64,000 bases of DNA from NCBI RefSeq assembly GCF_009914755.1, contig NC_060927.1; one strand, given 5' to 3'. Within the stretch, counting starts at the first letter, position 1; every line of letters begins with the position of its first letter. This stretch comes from the human T2T-CHM13v2.0 reference genome, Homo sapiens. A model generated the notes under the pieces. That model made no database searches, was not told where the DNA came from, and was given only the letters and a program-made list of their open reading frames with translations. The position numbers and the translations under genes are program-made. Below, in pieces: positions 47,723 to 62,494 of the stretch.

Positions 47723-50700
47723 TGAGCCCAAAGAAGAGACCAGTAAGCAGGGCCAGCCTACCTGGCAGTTTACATCCTCTGCAAACGCTGCTCAGCAAAT
47801 TCAACTATGTAGCCAATCACTCTTCCCTCAAGTGAGTTTTAAAGGGTAACACCAGAGGGAAACGGTGCTCTCGGACAAGTCACGGGGGTGCCCACTGCCC
47901 AGCTGTGCACCAGGGGGCACCCCCACTGGGGTGGGGAGATTTCCCTCTCACATTTTCAGGCTGGAACAAGTCCCCCAAAGACCCCCATAAATCAGGCCCC
48001 AGGGGGCCCTCAGCGCTTGGAGACTCTGGCCACAGACGTCAGCAGTGACTGCCCAGGCCTGGCAGGTTCTCCAGGGCCTCAGCCCCAGGGCCTGGGACCA
48101 AAGCCCCACCCTGCACTGACCACAGGTTAAATTTGCCCTGAAACTGGGGTCAGCAGCAGAAACAACACGCCCCTCACCCTCCCAACCACAGGACGCAGGC
48201 TCGAAGCCTGACGAGGTGATTTTCAAAGTACCATCTGCTCCTGGGAAGCCATTCCCTGAGCCGGAAGCTTGTTCCTTTTCCCCTGTGAGGAAACTGGGGG
48301 CCACATGGCATCACACAGAGCCCTCTGCAGGCTCAGTCACCCTCTCACTCTTGCTCAGCACGTCCACGGGGCATAATTAAGTCTGTAGGCTGCGGGATCT
48401 CTGTGCCAAAACTGCTCTTTTGTTTCCCAAGGTGAAGCATCTGGAACCTGGGCATCCAGGCAACAGGCTCGCAAGGCCCAGATTCAGGGGCAGCCACCTG
48501 CGCCAGGCTGGGACCTGACACAGGGTGAGCAGGTGAGCCACTGAGCAGGACCATGAGGTGGCATGCTAAAGCTGGGCACAGCCACCAAGGGTGGGACACA
48601 GACCTGCAGGGCCTTCACGGGGCCAGGGCAGTGCCTAAGGGTCCACCTAGCACGCGTCAAGCACAAACAGCTGCGCTGTGCACATTCAGTCACTTAACGT
48701 CGCCCTCACACCAATGTTTTGGGGCAGGTGATAGGACTGGGCCCCTGCTACAGAGAGGAGGTGGTTCAGAGAATGTAAACAACTACCCCCCACCTCCCAG
48801 AAAGATGAGGTAGAGCCAGGATCTAAAGCGGCCCATCTGTAGCCAACACCATACTCATTCAAGAGACACACGCCCATTCCCACACCCGCTGCACAGGAAA
48901 GAGAAAGAAGTCAGACTCGGACCCTGTCCCCAACTGCCCCAGGCTGGGAAATTCACCAGCACTGCGGACAGAGCAGGGGATAACAGCAGCATCAGAAAGA
49001 CCCATAAGGCCATAGGTTTGCAGAGGGAATGCAGTCCCTCAGCAAGGAGCTTCAGTCGGACTAAACCAGCAGAAAAGGCGGTTTCCGAGTACCATGCTCG
49101 CACAACAGGGAGCCGCCGACCAGGCCTGGAGATCCCTGTGACAGTCACGGCAGGACTGGGGCTGCAGGAGTGCAGAGCCAGGTGGGAGACAGCAGCGGGG
49201 TTCCCTACCCCACACGGCTCGCACCCACGAGCTCAGCCCCCAGCAGGACCCAGTCGGGCTGGGGACTCAGCTCCATCCAAGTGGGCTGAGCAGGGCCAGG
49301 CAATGGGTTGGAGGGAGCCATGACTCTGGGCCTGCAGCTGAGGAGGCTGCAAAGCTTCCTTCTGGAGCAGCCGATCAGTGGACGTGGAGCAAAGCCTTTC
49401 ATTGTCCACAAAACACAGACGACTGCAGGGAGTCACAAGTGGGTGAGATCCAAAAGCTGTGTCAGGCTAGAAACCAAAACAGAAGACAAACCGGCGCACA
49501 GAGCAAGCACAGCGTAGAACTGGCTTCCGAACACAAGGGAAGGCAGGCAGGGAGACCATGAGTGCAGGGAACCAGAGAGGGCACAGGAGAGCTGCTCCCA
49601 GTCTCCCTTGTCCACTGAGCAGCTGTGTGGCCCTGAGCAAGTTGCTTGGCCTCTCTGGGCCCCCGTTTTCTCATGGATAACATGAATAGACTCAACTCCA
49701 GGACCAGAGTCTGGACTCCCTCCAACCCAGACCTCTTCTGCAGCTAAATGAGGGAGGTGGGGCTCCAACATCTCAGCCTGTAAATCCCACCTCCTAGAAA
49801 GAGGCTCCCTGCTGTTCTATGGGCAGCTCCTGGAGGAGGGAGGGAAGGTCCACCCCGGGCAGCCCTGGGATTCCCCTGTTCTGTGCCACCCAGCTGACCA
49901 GGGGAAGAGGCCACCCAGCCAGCAGCAGGCACAGGGGCACCGTGGGAACCCTTCTGGTGGGGCCCCAGCTCTCACAGAGCATTCCTGGCTTTGGAGGGAC
50001 AAGAACAAACCGCCAAAATCAACAGGCATCGGGCAGAGTGCTGAAGAATCAGCAAGCCGGACTCCAATCATGGCTCCGAGCAAGCTCATCTGTGCAGCCT
50101 CTTCCTAGGGGAGACTAGCTACCCCTCACAGGCCTGGCTGCTCCAAGGTTAAATGAGGGAGGAAAAGCAGGATCCAGCATGGTGCCTGCCACCCAGGGTC
50201 TCCTGCGATGGTGGCAACTGTGGCTCATTGACGGTGACGATAAACCTGAGACAGCTCTGGTCATTCCAAGTCCCTCGCCCTCATGCTCCGCGCAGGCCTG
50301 AGGTGCGGCCCTGCACAGGGCAGGGCCCGAGAAACGAACCAGTACCTCCCAGAGGACGGAAGGGAAGTCAGCACGGAAGCCTCACCTAGGGTCATTCCAG
50401 GGATTATCCCAGAAAGAGGGGAAGAGCAGCCTCCTCACACCCCGCAACTTCTCACCCGCACATTCAGGATGGGGTCTGGAAAGGGCATGAGCTCTGTAAG
50501 CCCCCAGCACTGTTTATACACGCCTGGAAGAGAACAGACTGTTACTCAGAGCCGGAGCGTCCCCACTCCTCTTATGATGAGAAACTGAGGCAAAGACATC
50601 AGAAGGCCTTGCTAACAGAAGCCAGGGTCAGAGGAAGACCCAGAACTCAGGATCAATAACATCTGGGCAGGACTCTGTCCACCACACTCCAGCTGAAGTG

Positions 50701-53379
50701 AGCGCCCAGGGGCAGGTGCAGGCTGAAGAGCTTGCCCAGGGCACTGCCTGCCAGCCGGGGCTCTAGGCAGACCAAGCAACCTTCCCAGGGCTCTCAGGTA
50801 AGGGAGACAAGTGAAGCCCCTTGTACCTCCCAAGGGCCAGCATCAGCATTTCTTCATGGTAATGCAAGGGGGACAGTTCCAAAACCCAAAACACCGCTGA
50901 CACTTCATGGCTAGTGTCAGGCTGGATGACTTTCTGCAGGAGAACCCGTGACAAGAGGGACCGGGAAGCTTTCTTTACAAGCTTGAGGCCTCTGTAAGCG
51001 GCCAAGGACGCCATGTCCCGCAAGTCTGAGCAGCATGTGCACAGGACATCTGACGGGCATCGGTGCCCAGCCATCCCACCCCGGCCTTCCATGGCTGCAC
51101 TCACACCCCACTGCCCACCGTGTTGGCATCCAGCTCCTCCAGTGTGCGAGCCTATGCAGTCTTACCCATGCCAGGCCCTGCGCCACTACATCCTGGAGAC
51201 ACAGAATGAAATAAGACACAGTGCTCATCCCCCAGCAGCTGGCAGAAGGGCCAGTGTCAGCTCGGCAGGAGCCAGGGGAAAGGGGCTCACCAGGGTGGAG
51301 GTGAGAGGTAGGTCCCCACATAACTGGCACCGTCCGAGCTTCATCATGAAAGGCGAGTTAATCAGATGAAGATGGGAGGAATGGGTGATCCGGGGAAGAA
51401 GCCCCTGAGCAAAGTCCCAGAGATGGGAAGTGGCCGGGGTACACCACAACCCCAGGCAGTCCAGCCAGGTGGATCACCATGGCAGCCAGGTACATCCTGG
51501 CTGGGCCGGCACGGGCCCCGTAGCTCTCCCTGTGGCTCCCGCTCCAGAGTCCTGGCTACTGCTGACTCTCTGCCAACCCAGAGAGCCACACACTCACCCA
51601 GCCAGGCCGCCCTACCCCAGCTGCCCCCCTCTGCCCCATCTTCTGGTCATGACTCTCCTGCCAGGGACAGAAGACAGAGCCAGTCTGTGGCTCCAGCTGC
51701 CTGAGTTCCCTCATCTCTAAGGTGGGCAGGTCACATGCTACCCACGTATCATGGGTGTATATCCTCCAAGCTCCCTGCCCCCCAGCCAGCCTCTCCATCC
51801 TCACAAAGCAGCCCCGGCACACCCACAATCCTCGACCCTGTGTCTTCCTACCCCCTAGACAGCAGGTGGCCAAGGGTGCCCTAAGCAAAGCCTGCACTAT
51901 GCCTGATCTTGTGCAGGTTTTTCAGACTGACAAATCCACCTGCTGAGCCTATGAAGCCCCTGCAGAATCCCACGCTGACCAGGACTCAGGGAGCCTGGCC
52001 ACCTGAGCGGTCACACAGAGGTCACATCCTGGGCTGCTGTGATGCTCTGGCAAAAGCAGGGCCACCTCACAGCCTTCAGTGAGGCAACAGCCACAGAGGG
52101 TGAGGCTAGAGACCCCACTCAGGGGGATAGTGTGGCAGCCAGGCATAGGAGCAGGCTCTGGGAGTATGTGGGGCTATGTGGATCCATGAGCGTCTCCCCA
52201 GAGGCCCGGCCTTTTTAAGTCATTTACAGCTTACACTTGGCTGATGCCCAAAAATGACTATAAACAGTTACTGTGTGCAATCAGACCAAGAAAACAAATC
52301 AAAAACCAGTAAGAGGGAAACAAAACATCAAAATTTGACCAGAAATTGTATAATTGTGCACCATTTACTATAAACAAATTTGAATTGGAACCTTCGAGAA
52401 ACTAAGGAACGTTCATAGAGGCGACTCTGTCATCTACACAAGACTACAAAGGCTTCATCATCCTGACAAGCAGCAGCTCCCACTCCAGAGCACAGGCCGG
52501 CTAGCACTGCAGAGCCTCTGTCCAGGGCCAGGTAGGGCTAGGGCCCCTGGGGAAGGGACGTGATGAAGATGAGCCTCTTCCTTCCAGCAGGAAAGAGAAA
52601 GTGTGGATGCCCCTGAACATCAAATAAGGCTAAGGCATCCTGTGCTTTCAGAGAGAGGCAAACAATATATTGCCAAGAGGTAGGGGAGGGAGGAGTGTCA
52701 GAGAAGGAAAAAACACCGTAGTTTGGAGAATTGAAGACTTGCAAGAACACGGGGACACCGGAAATAAACCTGGCCAGAAAGCTGTTTTGCAAGCTAGCTG
52801 CACTGCCCTCCAACTGAATCAACGGTATCAGCATGGTGAATAAACAGGTATGCGCTTTCTAGAGTGACAACAGCAGGGTGTCAGTTCCCAACACACCTAT
52901 TCCGGTACCATTATTAGCAGCCACCGTTGACCAAGCACCTGCCATGTGCCAGGCTGTGAGCTGTCTCATTTCATCTGTTATCCCGGCAGCACAGCTGTGC
53001 TATCCCCAGGCCTGCCTGAGCAGGGCCGCAGGGGCCAGCCTCTGGGAGACTAGTCCCACCAGCAGAGGATGGCTTAATCGGGGCTGCTTAACAGTCATCG
53101 CCCTAATAAATAAAACCAATGGCCTTAATTTAAAACACATTAACTTAACAGCAGGCTTTCTGTCAGCTGATGAGGCCTAGCTCCACTGCTCAGAACAGGC
53201 AAGTAGTTAGAGTGGCCTCTCAGAGTCAGAGCCGTGAAGTCAAGGTCCCTGTGGCTTGCGGGTAAGGCCCTGGTCATCTTGACTTGTCTTCCACAACCCA
53301 CACGACGGTGTGAGTGGTCCCAGGGCGAAAGATAAGAGCCCTGGATGGGAAGGCTGTGAGGAAGGGCAGCAGGGAGGCC

Positions 53380-54480
53380 TTCGGGCCCTGCCAGGCGGCC
53401 CTTCCAGCAAGCAGGCGGCCGGGCTCCTCCTCCCAGGGAGAGGCCTCCCGCCCCAGGTACAGGCCTGGGAAGCCCTCATCTCACCGCGAGGACAGTCGCG
53501 TGCGACAGGCCTGTAAGGTGGCATCCGAGTCCCTCCCGCAATTAAGGACGCCGGGCTCCAGGCCAGCGCCAGGGACAGACCCAGCACCAGGGCGGCCCCC
53601 GGAGCCGGCCTCTGGCGGCCTCGGGTCTTTTGCCAAATTCCCCACCGGCGCCAGGATACCGAGGGGCCACCCCCACCACGCGGCTCCAACAGACACGTTT
53701 CCCACACTGGCTGCGGAGGCCCGCCGGGTGTGACGGGGACCGGGCGGACTGGAAAGGATGTGGCTGGGGCCCCGGGGAGGACCAGGCAGGAGCGACGGGC
53801 CTCCCACGCAGCCTCCCTCCGACCGTGCTGCCGCATCGCCCGTCCCAGCGGCTCGGCCCCGCCTTGTCCAAAGGGCTCATCAAAGCCGGTTTACCGGCGG
53901 CCCAGGAAGGAAATGACCGCCCGCCGCAGCCCCGCCGACTGCCTTTCAGTTCAGTGCTTTCGAAACCACAAGGGCGGGCGGGGCTAGAGGAGGAAAAAAA
54001 ACACCCCGCGGGAGCCTCAGGCTTGGGGGCTGCAGCCGCGCGCACCTCGCCGGCCGGGGGTCGGGCGCGCAGACGCGGTGCAGCGGCGCCCCCAGGCGGC
54101 CGCGCGGGGCACTGCACTCGGCCCGTGTGTCGGCCCCGGGCGGGGGAGGGACCGCGCCGCGGAGGAGGGGCCAGCCCCGCCCAACGCCCGACGCCCGCGG
54201 CCCCTCCTCTCCAGACGGGGGGCCCCGTGCTGACCGCAGCCGCGGAGCCCGCAGCGCACATCCCGGAGCACAGGACAAAACCTGTGCCTGCACCGGAGCC
54301 CCCATCCGGCTCCCGCAACACTGACCCCCCTGGGCAGCCTCGGGCACGGGGCACCTGGAAAGCCAGCCCCGGACACCGCGCGGATTCTGCCTCCCGGAGG
54401 TCGGACTGCATCCTCCCGTCCCGGGCGAGGCACATCCAGGAGGAGACAAGGAGGCGAAGCCCCCTAGGATAGGTGAAGAC
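53380..54480. promoter_or_regulatory. Intragenic CpG island, candidate alternative promoter in XXYLT1 intron 1
   Basis: Very GC-rich with dense CpG against a CpG-depleted background; GC boxes (GGGCGGGCGGGGC near 53972); not repeat-like. Confidence 0.85.
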
Positions 54481-55031
54481 GACAGGCCCTGCCACCTTCG
54501 CTGTGGGTATTAGGGTGGGCTACCTCTCAACCGACCCCTCCGAAAAAGACGGGGCTGCTGCTATCACCTCCCTCAAACAGCAGAGGAGGTGCCTGGCTGC
54601 TTCTAAAGGCAGCTCGCTGTGGCACTTAGTCACTGCCCCTTTCTGGCCCAGGGTATCAGCTGGACGGGGGACACTACGCCCAGAGCTTCCTTCCTGTTCC
54701 GATGTTTGGCGAACCTGCAGCGCTCCCTGAAGCAGATGAGAGGGAAGCTGCACTCCCAGAAAGCGCAGTTTTGGTTCATATTGAATGGATTTATTGGGGG
54801 TGTCATCGGCAGGCGGATGACAGATTGTCAGGTGGGCTACAGCCCTGCCCTCATCCCCACACCCACAGCCCCTTGGCAGAGCTGCTAGCGGGGTCCTGAA
54901 GTGCCTCCTGCTGCTCTGGGAGCTCCGTAAGCCACCTGCTCTCAGCCTCAGGGATGCCACACCTCTTTCCCCAGCCTCAGCCACGCTCAAGTGAGGCGTC
55001 TGCACTTTTATACATTCTAAAGGCCTGAACA

Positions 55032-55363
55032 GGCCGGGCGCGGTGGCTCACGCCTGTAATCCCAGCATTTTGGGAGGCGGAGGCGGGCGGATCACCTGAG
55101 GTCAGGAGTTCGAGCCCAGCCTGGCCAACATGGTGAAACCCTGTCTCTACTAAAAATACAAGAATTAGCCGGGCACGGTGGCGCACGCCTGTGTAATCCC
55201 AGCTACTCGGGAGCTGAGGCAGGAGAATCGCTTGAACCCGGGACATGGGACATGGAGGTTGCAGTAAGCTGAGAACACACCACTGCACTCTGGCCTGGGG
55301 GACACAGCAAGACTCCATCTTAAAAAGAAAAGAAAAAGGAAATTAAAGAAAAGAAAAGAAAAA
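55032..55363 (+). mobile_element. AluSx-like
   Basis: Dimer with small internal duplications (GGGACAT x2) and a (GAAAA)n tail. Confidence 0.92.
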
Positions 55364-55659
55364 GGGGAGGGGAGGGGAACAAATGTTGCTACTATTATTC
55401 TCCTCATCAAGACTTCATACTGGTAAACATCCCCTTGCTGACTTCAGGCACATCAGTGTACACGTCAGAAATGTCCAAACCATGTCCTCGGAATATGCCC
55501 ATTTCTAGCGATGTTGTAACACCTTACAGGGTAAGGAGGGGAAAGTCAAGGTAACTGTTTTTTGGGGTTTTTTTAAGAAAATGCATTTCGGTAAATATAT
55601 TAAAAAATACCAAATACATGTATGTAGTTGTCCTTAGCAACATGTAATCGTCTCATTAT

Positions 55660-56390
55660 TTGTCATTAGGGAAATGCAGACCAAAACTAAAATGAGATAT
55701 CACTTCACACCCACTAGAATAGCTGTAATTGAAAAGATGGATGATTACAAGTGCTGGTGAGGATGTGGAGAAATCAGGACCTCCATACACTGCTGGTGGG
55801 AATGTAAAATGGTATAGCTACTGAGTTTGGCAGTTCCTCAAAAGGTTAAACAGAGTTAACCATTCCACTGCTAGGTTATACCCCAGTGATGTGACAACAT
55901 ATGTCCACACAAAAACTTCTAAGTAAATGTTCACAGCAGCATTATTCATAATAGCCTCAAAGCGGAAACAACCCAAATGTCCATCAACTGATGAATGGAT
56001 GATGTGGTTTATCCATACGATGGAATAGTATCCAACCATAAAAAAGGGTGAAGCATTAATGCATGCTACAACATGAACCCTAAAAACACTAGGCTAAAAG
56101 AAGCCAGACACAAAAGACCACATATTAGCTGAGCCCACTTGTAGTGAATACTCAGAAGAGACACATTTATACAGAGAGCAAGCTGATTTGTAGTCTCTAG
56201 GGGCAGGGGAGACAGGAGGACGGAGGGTGATGCTAATGGATACAGGGTTTCTGAGGTGACAAGTGTTCTAGAATCAGTGGTCATAGCTGTACAACCTTGG
56301 GAATACACTAAAAACCACTGGATTGTATACATTAAATGAGTGAGCTTTATGGTACATGAATTATATTTCAATTTTTGTTGCAAAAAAAAA
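55660..56390 (+). mobile_element. L1MB-type 3' end
   Basis: GGGAAATGCAGACCAAAAC...CAACCCAAATGTCCATCAACTGATGAATGG...GAATTATATTTCAAT plus A run. Confidence 0.8.
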
Positions 56391-57195
56391 GTAATTATCT
56401 ATCTTTTTAAAATATGGCCTACAGGAACAAGGAACAGTCAGGAAGTCATGAGGAATGACTGATACCCAAAGCTGGAGCAGTTAATCCGTGCATTGAGGCC
56501 CCCACAGATTTTATAAATCCCCGTCGATCAGTGTATTTCATCTATATCATGACCCCAAGGCTCTGCCTTATCATTTCAACACATACTTGCGGGCTTCTCC
56601 AGAGTTTATTGTATTTGATACAATACTATACAAAGTTATTCCCCTTAGATCTGTGATCATAAAGTTTTCCATAAGAAACATACATTGGTACACAAACTAC
56701 TACAGCTGTTTTCATGAGTATATTACAATTTAAAAGAATGCCACTGTTAAATGCATTTGATAAAATATGCACTGTTCTCTAAACACTGCCATATAAAATG
56801 TCGGCCTATCTTTTCAAAGAGCCTCTCCCTTCAGGACATGTTTCTTTGATCACCTCTTTTCCAGACCATCATCAAAAGTTTCATTCAGGTGCAAGGTGCC
56901 TGCTGCTGTGACAAGCTGGAAAATCCATTGCATTTCCAGGGTCACCTGTTTGTCATTAGCTTCATCAATGAGACAGCCAGCATCAAGGTCAAGGTCTTCA
57001 CATCCAGGCTTCTCTCAAGCCCCACCAATGAGCTAAGGTATTCAACTTTTCCAAGTCACTCACAGGTTTGCTCTTGCACTCAAAGAAACTCTGAGAATCC
57101 CCTACTGCATTTTAACATTTGTCCAGTATTCCTAGTCCTTGGCACATGCTCCTCCTGGAACCCAACCTGTAAGGTAACCCAACCTGTAAAGTGGA

Positions 57196-57575
57196 TGCGA
57201 AGGTTTAAAGGGTGTCCCCTGGAATTCATGTGTTGGAAATGTGAGCCCCGGTGACGTTGCTGGGAGGTGGGGCTTTTATGAGCTGATGAAGTCATTAAGA
57301 GGGATTCATGCCTGTCTCCCAGGCCTGGGTTATATCTCTTGGGAGGGAGCGAGTTCTCACTCTCACTCACGGCACTGGATGAGTTACCAAGAGTGGCTGT
57401 TATAAAGCCAGGCGCCCCTCACGCTGTGCCCCTTCTGCATGCCTCTGCTTCCCTCCCCAGAAGCTGTCACCATCCTCTTGGACTTCCCGGCCTCCAAAAC
57501 CTCAAGCTAAATAAATATCTTTCCTTTCTAAATTACCCAGTCTCGGGTATTGTTATGGTGAGAGAAAACAGACAA
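57196..57575 (+). mobile_element. MST/MLT1A-type MaLR LTR
   Basis: AATTCATGTGTTGGAAA...AAATTACCCAGTCTCGGGTATTGTTAT. Confidence 0.65.
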
Positions 57576-58199
57576 GGATCATGGGGGATGTGCAGTTTCC
57601 TTCTTCCTCCTATTTGTCACCAGGAAATGGAGCAACCCAGTCTCAGGCTCTGAAAGAGGCTGAGGTTTGAGGGAAAAGGGGCAGATCACTGAGAACTCTT
57701 CTAGGATATCCTGGGTTTAATCACTATAGTTATTAGTCAACTATAAATATTTATTGAGAACAGAGAATGTGCCAGAAACAGTGCTGAGACTATAGTGTCG
57801 ACGGGAAAAAGAGGAAGCACCCCTTCTTCATTGTTCTGTGCTTCTCTATGGAGGATGCTCTCCTGGACAAACACTCCGGCCTGTTGCTCCCTGCCCCATC
57901 CTCCTCTCCTCCTTGCACACTAACTCCTCCTTAAGGCAGGAGGATCTATGTATGCAGAACCTGCCCATCCCTGCAGGGAGGCAAGCAGCTGCCAGAGCTG
58001 TCTGTGCCTCCAGAAGTCTGTCCAGTTCTTGTGTCCCAGGTTAAGAGACTGCTTGCCCGCTCTATCATTTCCAACTCAGGCCAAGAAATAAGGATGGCAT
58101 CTATGGGGTTCCCGTAAACCTCAATAGATGAAGGTAGGTAAGGTCTCTGCCTTCTGGAGATTACCTTCCAGGAGGGAGACAGAGAGACTACAAACAAGT

Positions 58200-58645
58200 T
58201 AACAGGATAGTTACTTGCTCAAACATGCAGAGCACACTCCAACCTGAGGCCCACACACTTGCAGGTGCCTCGGACGGAGTCCCGCCCAGAGGGCTGTGGC
58301 TCCCTCACTTCCTTCAGGCTCTGCACAAATGGCACCTTATCCGTGGAGCCATCCCTGGCCACCCGTGCACCACGGCGAACAACTCCCCACACTGACAACC
58401 ACACACTTGCTATCTCTGCAGCCTGCTTTATTTCTCTCTGTAGAATTGATCACAATCTGACTCACTCCATATTTATTTGTTAAAAATCCATCTCCTATAC
58501 ATTCCCTGCAACCCCAGAATTTAAGCTCCATGAAGGCAGAAACTTGTTCTGTTCCCTGCTGTTCACAAGTACCTAGAACAGTGTCTGGCACAGGATATGC
58601 ACTTAACAACACCCTATGAATGAATACATGAAAAAATGAATACAT
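58200..58645 (+). mobile_element. L2 3' end
   Basis: AAGCTCCATGAAGGCAG..CCTAGAACAGTGTCTGGCACA..TGAATGAAT. Confidence 0.7.
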
Positions 58646-58663
58646 GCTATAAAAGACATGCAC

Positions 58664-59268
58664 AGCCGGGCGTGTTGGCTCACAACTGCAGTCCAACATT
58701 TTGGGAAGCTAGGGCAGGAGGATCACTAGTTTGAGACCAGCCTGGGAAAGAAGGTGAGATCCCATCTCTACAAAACAGTTAAAAAAAATTAGCTGTGCAT
58801 GGAGGCACATGCCTGTAGTTCTAGCTACTGAGGAGGCTAAGGCAGGAGGATCCCCTAAGCCCAGGAGTTTGAAGCTACAGTGAGCTGTGATCACACCACT
58901 GTGCTCTACTCTAGCCTGCGCGGCAGACAGAAACCCTATCTCAAAAAAAAAAAAAGAGTAAAAGAAAAGGCCAGGCACGGTGGCTCACATTTGTAATGCC
59001 AGCACTTTGGGAGGCCAAGGCAGGTGGATCACCTGAGGTCAGGAGTTCATGACCAGCCTGGCCAACATAGTGAAACGCCATCTCTGCTAAAAATACAAAA
59101 ATTATGTGGGCGTAGTGGCAGGCACCTGTAATCCCAGCTACTTGGGAGGCTGAGGCAGGAGAATCGCTTGAAAGGAGGCAGAGGCTGCAGTGAGCCAAGA
59201 TCGCACCCTTGCACTCCAGCCTGGGTGACAGAACGAGACTCCATCTCAAAAAAAAAAAAAAGAAAAAA
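58664..59268 (+). mobile_element. AluJ (58664-58955) with an AluS (58969-59268) in its A tail
   Basis: Two tandem Alus bounded by a shared ATGCAC flank. Confidence 0.88.
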
Positions 59269-59589
59269 ATGCACAAGGTGATGGGAAAGATGAAGGCTGG
59301 CATGAGGCTTGCGTTAGACAAGAGATTCGGGGAAGGTCTTTCTGAACAGTTAAGATTTGAGCTGATAGCACAAGGCAAATACCACAAAGAAGCAATATTG
59401 CTGTGCTCCATGGAGGCCATACAAGCAGTGGCTGGTGGGCCCCACCGCCTCTGCAGAGAGCTGGCCAGCATGGGGAAGGAGAGGAGACATGAGAGGCGCC
59501 TTGAGGCCTGTTCACTGTGATCATTTTCCCAGAAGTCAGTAGAGTAGAACCATGTGATGAGACTGGACCCGAAACAATACACACAGCAG

Positions 59590-59860
59590 CACTGGGCTAA
59601 ACTGGAGTAAATGCGACCCAGCAACACAGATGTGATGGCCCCAGCCCCGGCAGCCATCCTGGACCACGAAGACAGCGCCACCCTCAGGGATGGTGAAACA
59701 CAGAGCTGGAAGGAGCCGAGGACCGTGGTGGCTTCACGAAGCCCCCATGCCAGCCCAGAAATGCCTACCTCTGGACTGCATTGAAACGAGACATAAATTC
59801 AACCTTGTTTAAGCCACCATTATTTGGGGGTTTCATGGTATATTCTGTCAAACCTGATCT
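59590..59860 (+). mobile_element. MLT1J/K-like LTR fragment
   Basis: GGCAGCCATCCTGGACC..CCTACCTCTGGACT..TTGTTTAAGCCAC. Confidence 0.55.
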
Positions 59861-60094
59861 GGCAGGAAAGGCACATGGAAGGGATAAGTCTTGATCTAAG
59901 TTTTACAAGTGTGAGACTGCACTTGACAGAAAGACAACAGATGCTCAGAAGCAGAGCAAGCAAAGCGCCATGAGAAGAATTCAGGAAGCTCAGCCACTGC
60001 TGTGGGTCTAGGACATTGAAATGACCTGGGAGGACAGGTAGCCAGAAGCCACTGGAGGTTCTGAATGGAAGCGATACAATAAAGGCAGCATTCT

Positions 60095-60478
<384 letters not shown>

Positions 60479-60639
60479 TCACAGTCAAACAGTTCCTGAA
60501 CGCCCACTGTGAGCCAGGCATCATGCTCCCCACGGAAGGTTACCCAGAGGACAGGATGCCTGAACTGGGTCTTAGAGACCAGCAGGAGAGCACTCCTGGA
60601 TTTCTTACAGCAGTGACGCCCAAGCCTGCCTCTGTAACT

Positions 60640-60770
60640 CCATCCAAATACAGACTTCCAGGCCCCACCCAGGAGATTCTGAGCCCACAGGCTGGGGTGG
60701 GGCCCAGGATTCTGTATTTTCAAGTGTCCCCAGGTGATTCTGATGCATTTAGAAAATGGACTTACTGTAT
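60640..60770. mobile_element. MER5-type fragment
   Basis: CCAGGCCCCACCCAGGAGATTCTGA...CCCCAGGTGATTCTGATGCA. Confidence 0.65.
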
Positions 60771-61886
60771 AGGCTAGAAGCAGCTCCTCCTATACTGGTA
60801 CCTGGAACATAGCAAGCTCTGAAGTTTACTGATTAACAAATAATATGCTTCCCTGTTCACAGATAATAAACTAACAGATTAATTAAAACCTTCAAACATA
60901 TTTAAAACAAGATACATGAATCCTTTTTAGCTAATATCCAATTAGCCAAAATAAAATCTAAGGTCACTAATAATGTTCTGTGATCTATTTCTGCAACCAT
61001 TTCAGCTACAAGGTGTTTCTATGCCACTTGAAAATGGCCTGAGACCTCGGTGTGTGGGCACCAGCCCCGTGCCAGTTCACTGTGGCCCTGCTCTGCATCT
61101 TGCAGCCATGCTGAGGTCCCAGAGCCAACTGAAGGGAAGAGGAGCCCCCAGGCTATCTTCAGACAGTTCTAACACCACTCAAATCAATTCTCCCTGGGAA
61201 TAAACTGCCCCCTGGACTTTACAAGACAGAAGTGCTCCTTAAAGGGGAAATACAGCACAAAGGGAACAGCACTGACCTAGGATGCAGGTCCAGCCACAAC
61301 TGAGTAACTTCTCCAGAAAGCCTTGGGCGAGTTTCCTCACCTGTCATGCTATATACTCCAAATCCCTTCCAGCTCTGGCACAGCCAGAGTGAGAAATTCT
61401 AGTTTCCTTCTTCCGAGTCAATACTGAAAAAACAATTCCAGTATAAAATTCCCTCATCTGTCAGGTGCTAGGGAGGCAGCATTTAAGACACGTCAATGTC
61501 AGTGCCCTTAAGGAGTTTAGAGTCTAGCAAGGAAGACAAATAATTACTCCAACGATTATATAAATACAACTGTGATAAATGTTACTAAGGAACAGTGCTT
61601 GGAGTTTGAAAGTGTGTAATGGGGGCTCAGGAAAGGTTTACCAAGGAAAGAACACCAAAGCCGAGACCTGAAAGCTGAGTACCAAGGATGGAGGCAGGGA
61701 GAACTCCAGACAGAGGAAAGGCATGTGACATATGTTCTTTTCAGGAATATTCCAAACCTGAGGAAGAATTAAATCACAAGTAAAATGAAGCAAACCTTTT
61801 AGAATCGCACATTTAAAGGAAAAAAAGAGCACTTTTCATCACAAACAGAAAAATTTACAAAATATGAACTCAAAAATCATGGGAAT

Positions 61887-62494
<608 letters not shown>

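Noticed and set aside
53240-54495. 198-317 aa ORFs in the CpG island
   Set aside because: Low-complexity Arg/Pro/Gly/Ala translations in overlapping frames are expected from stop depletion at high GC.
58941-59681. 246 aa ORF and similar Alu-type peptides across the window
   Set aside because: Antisense Alu read-through (for example [14 protein letters not shown]).
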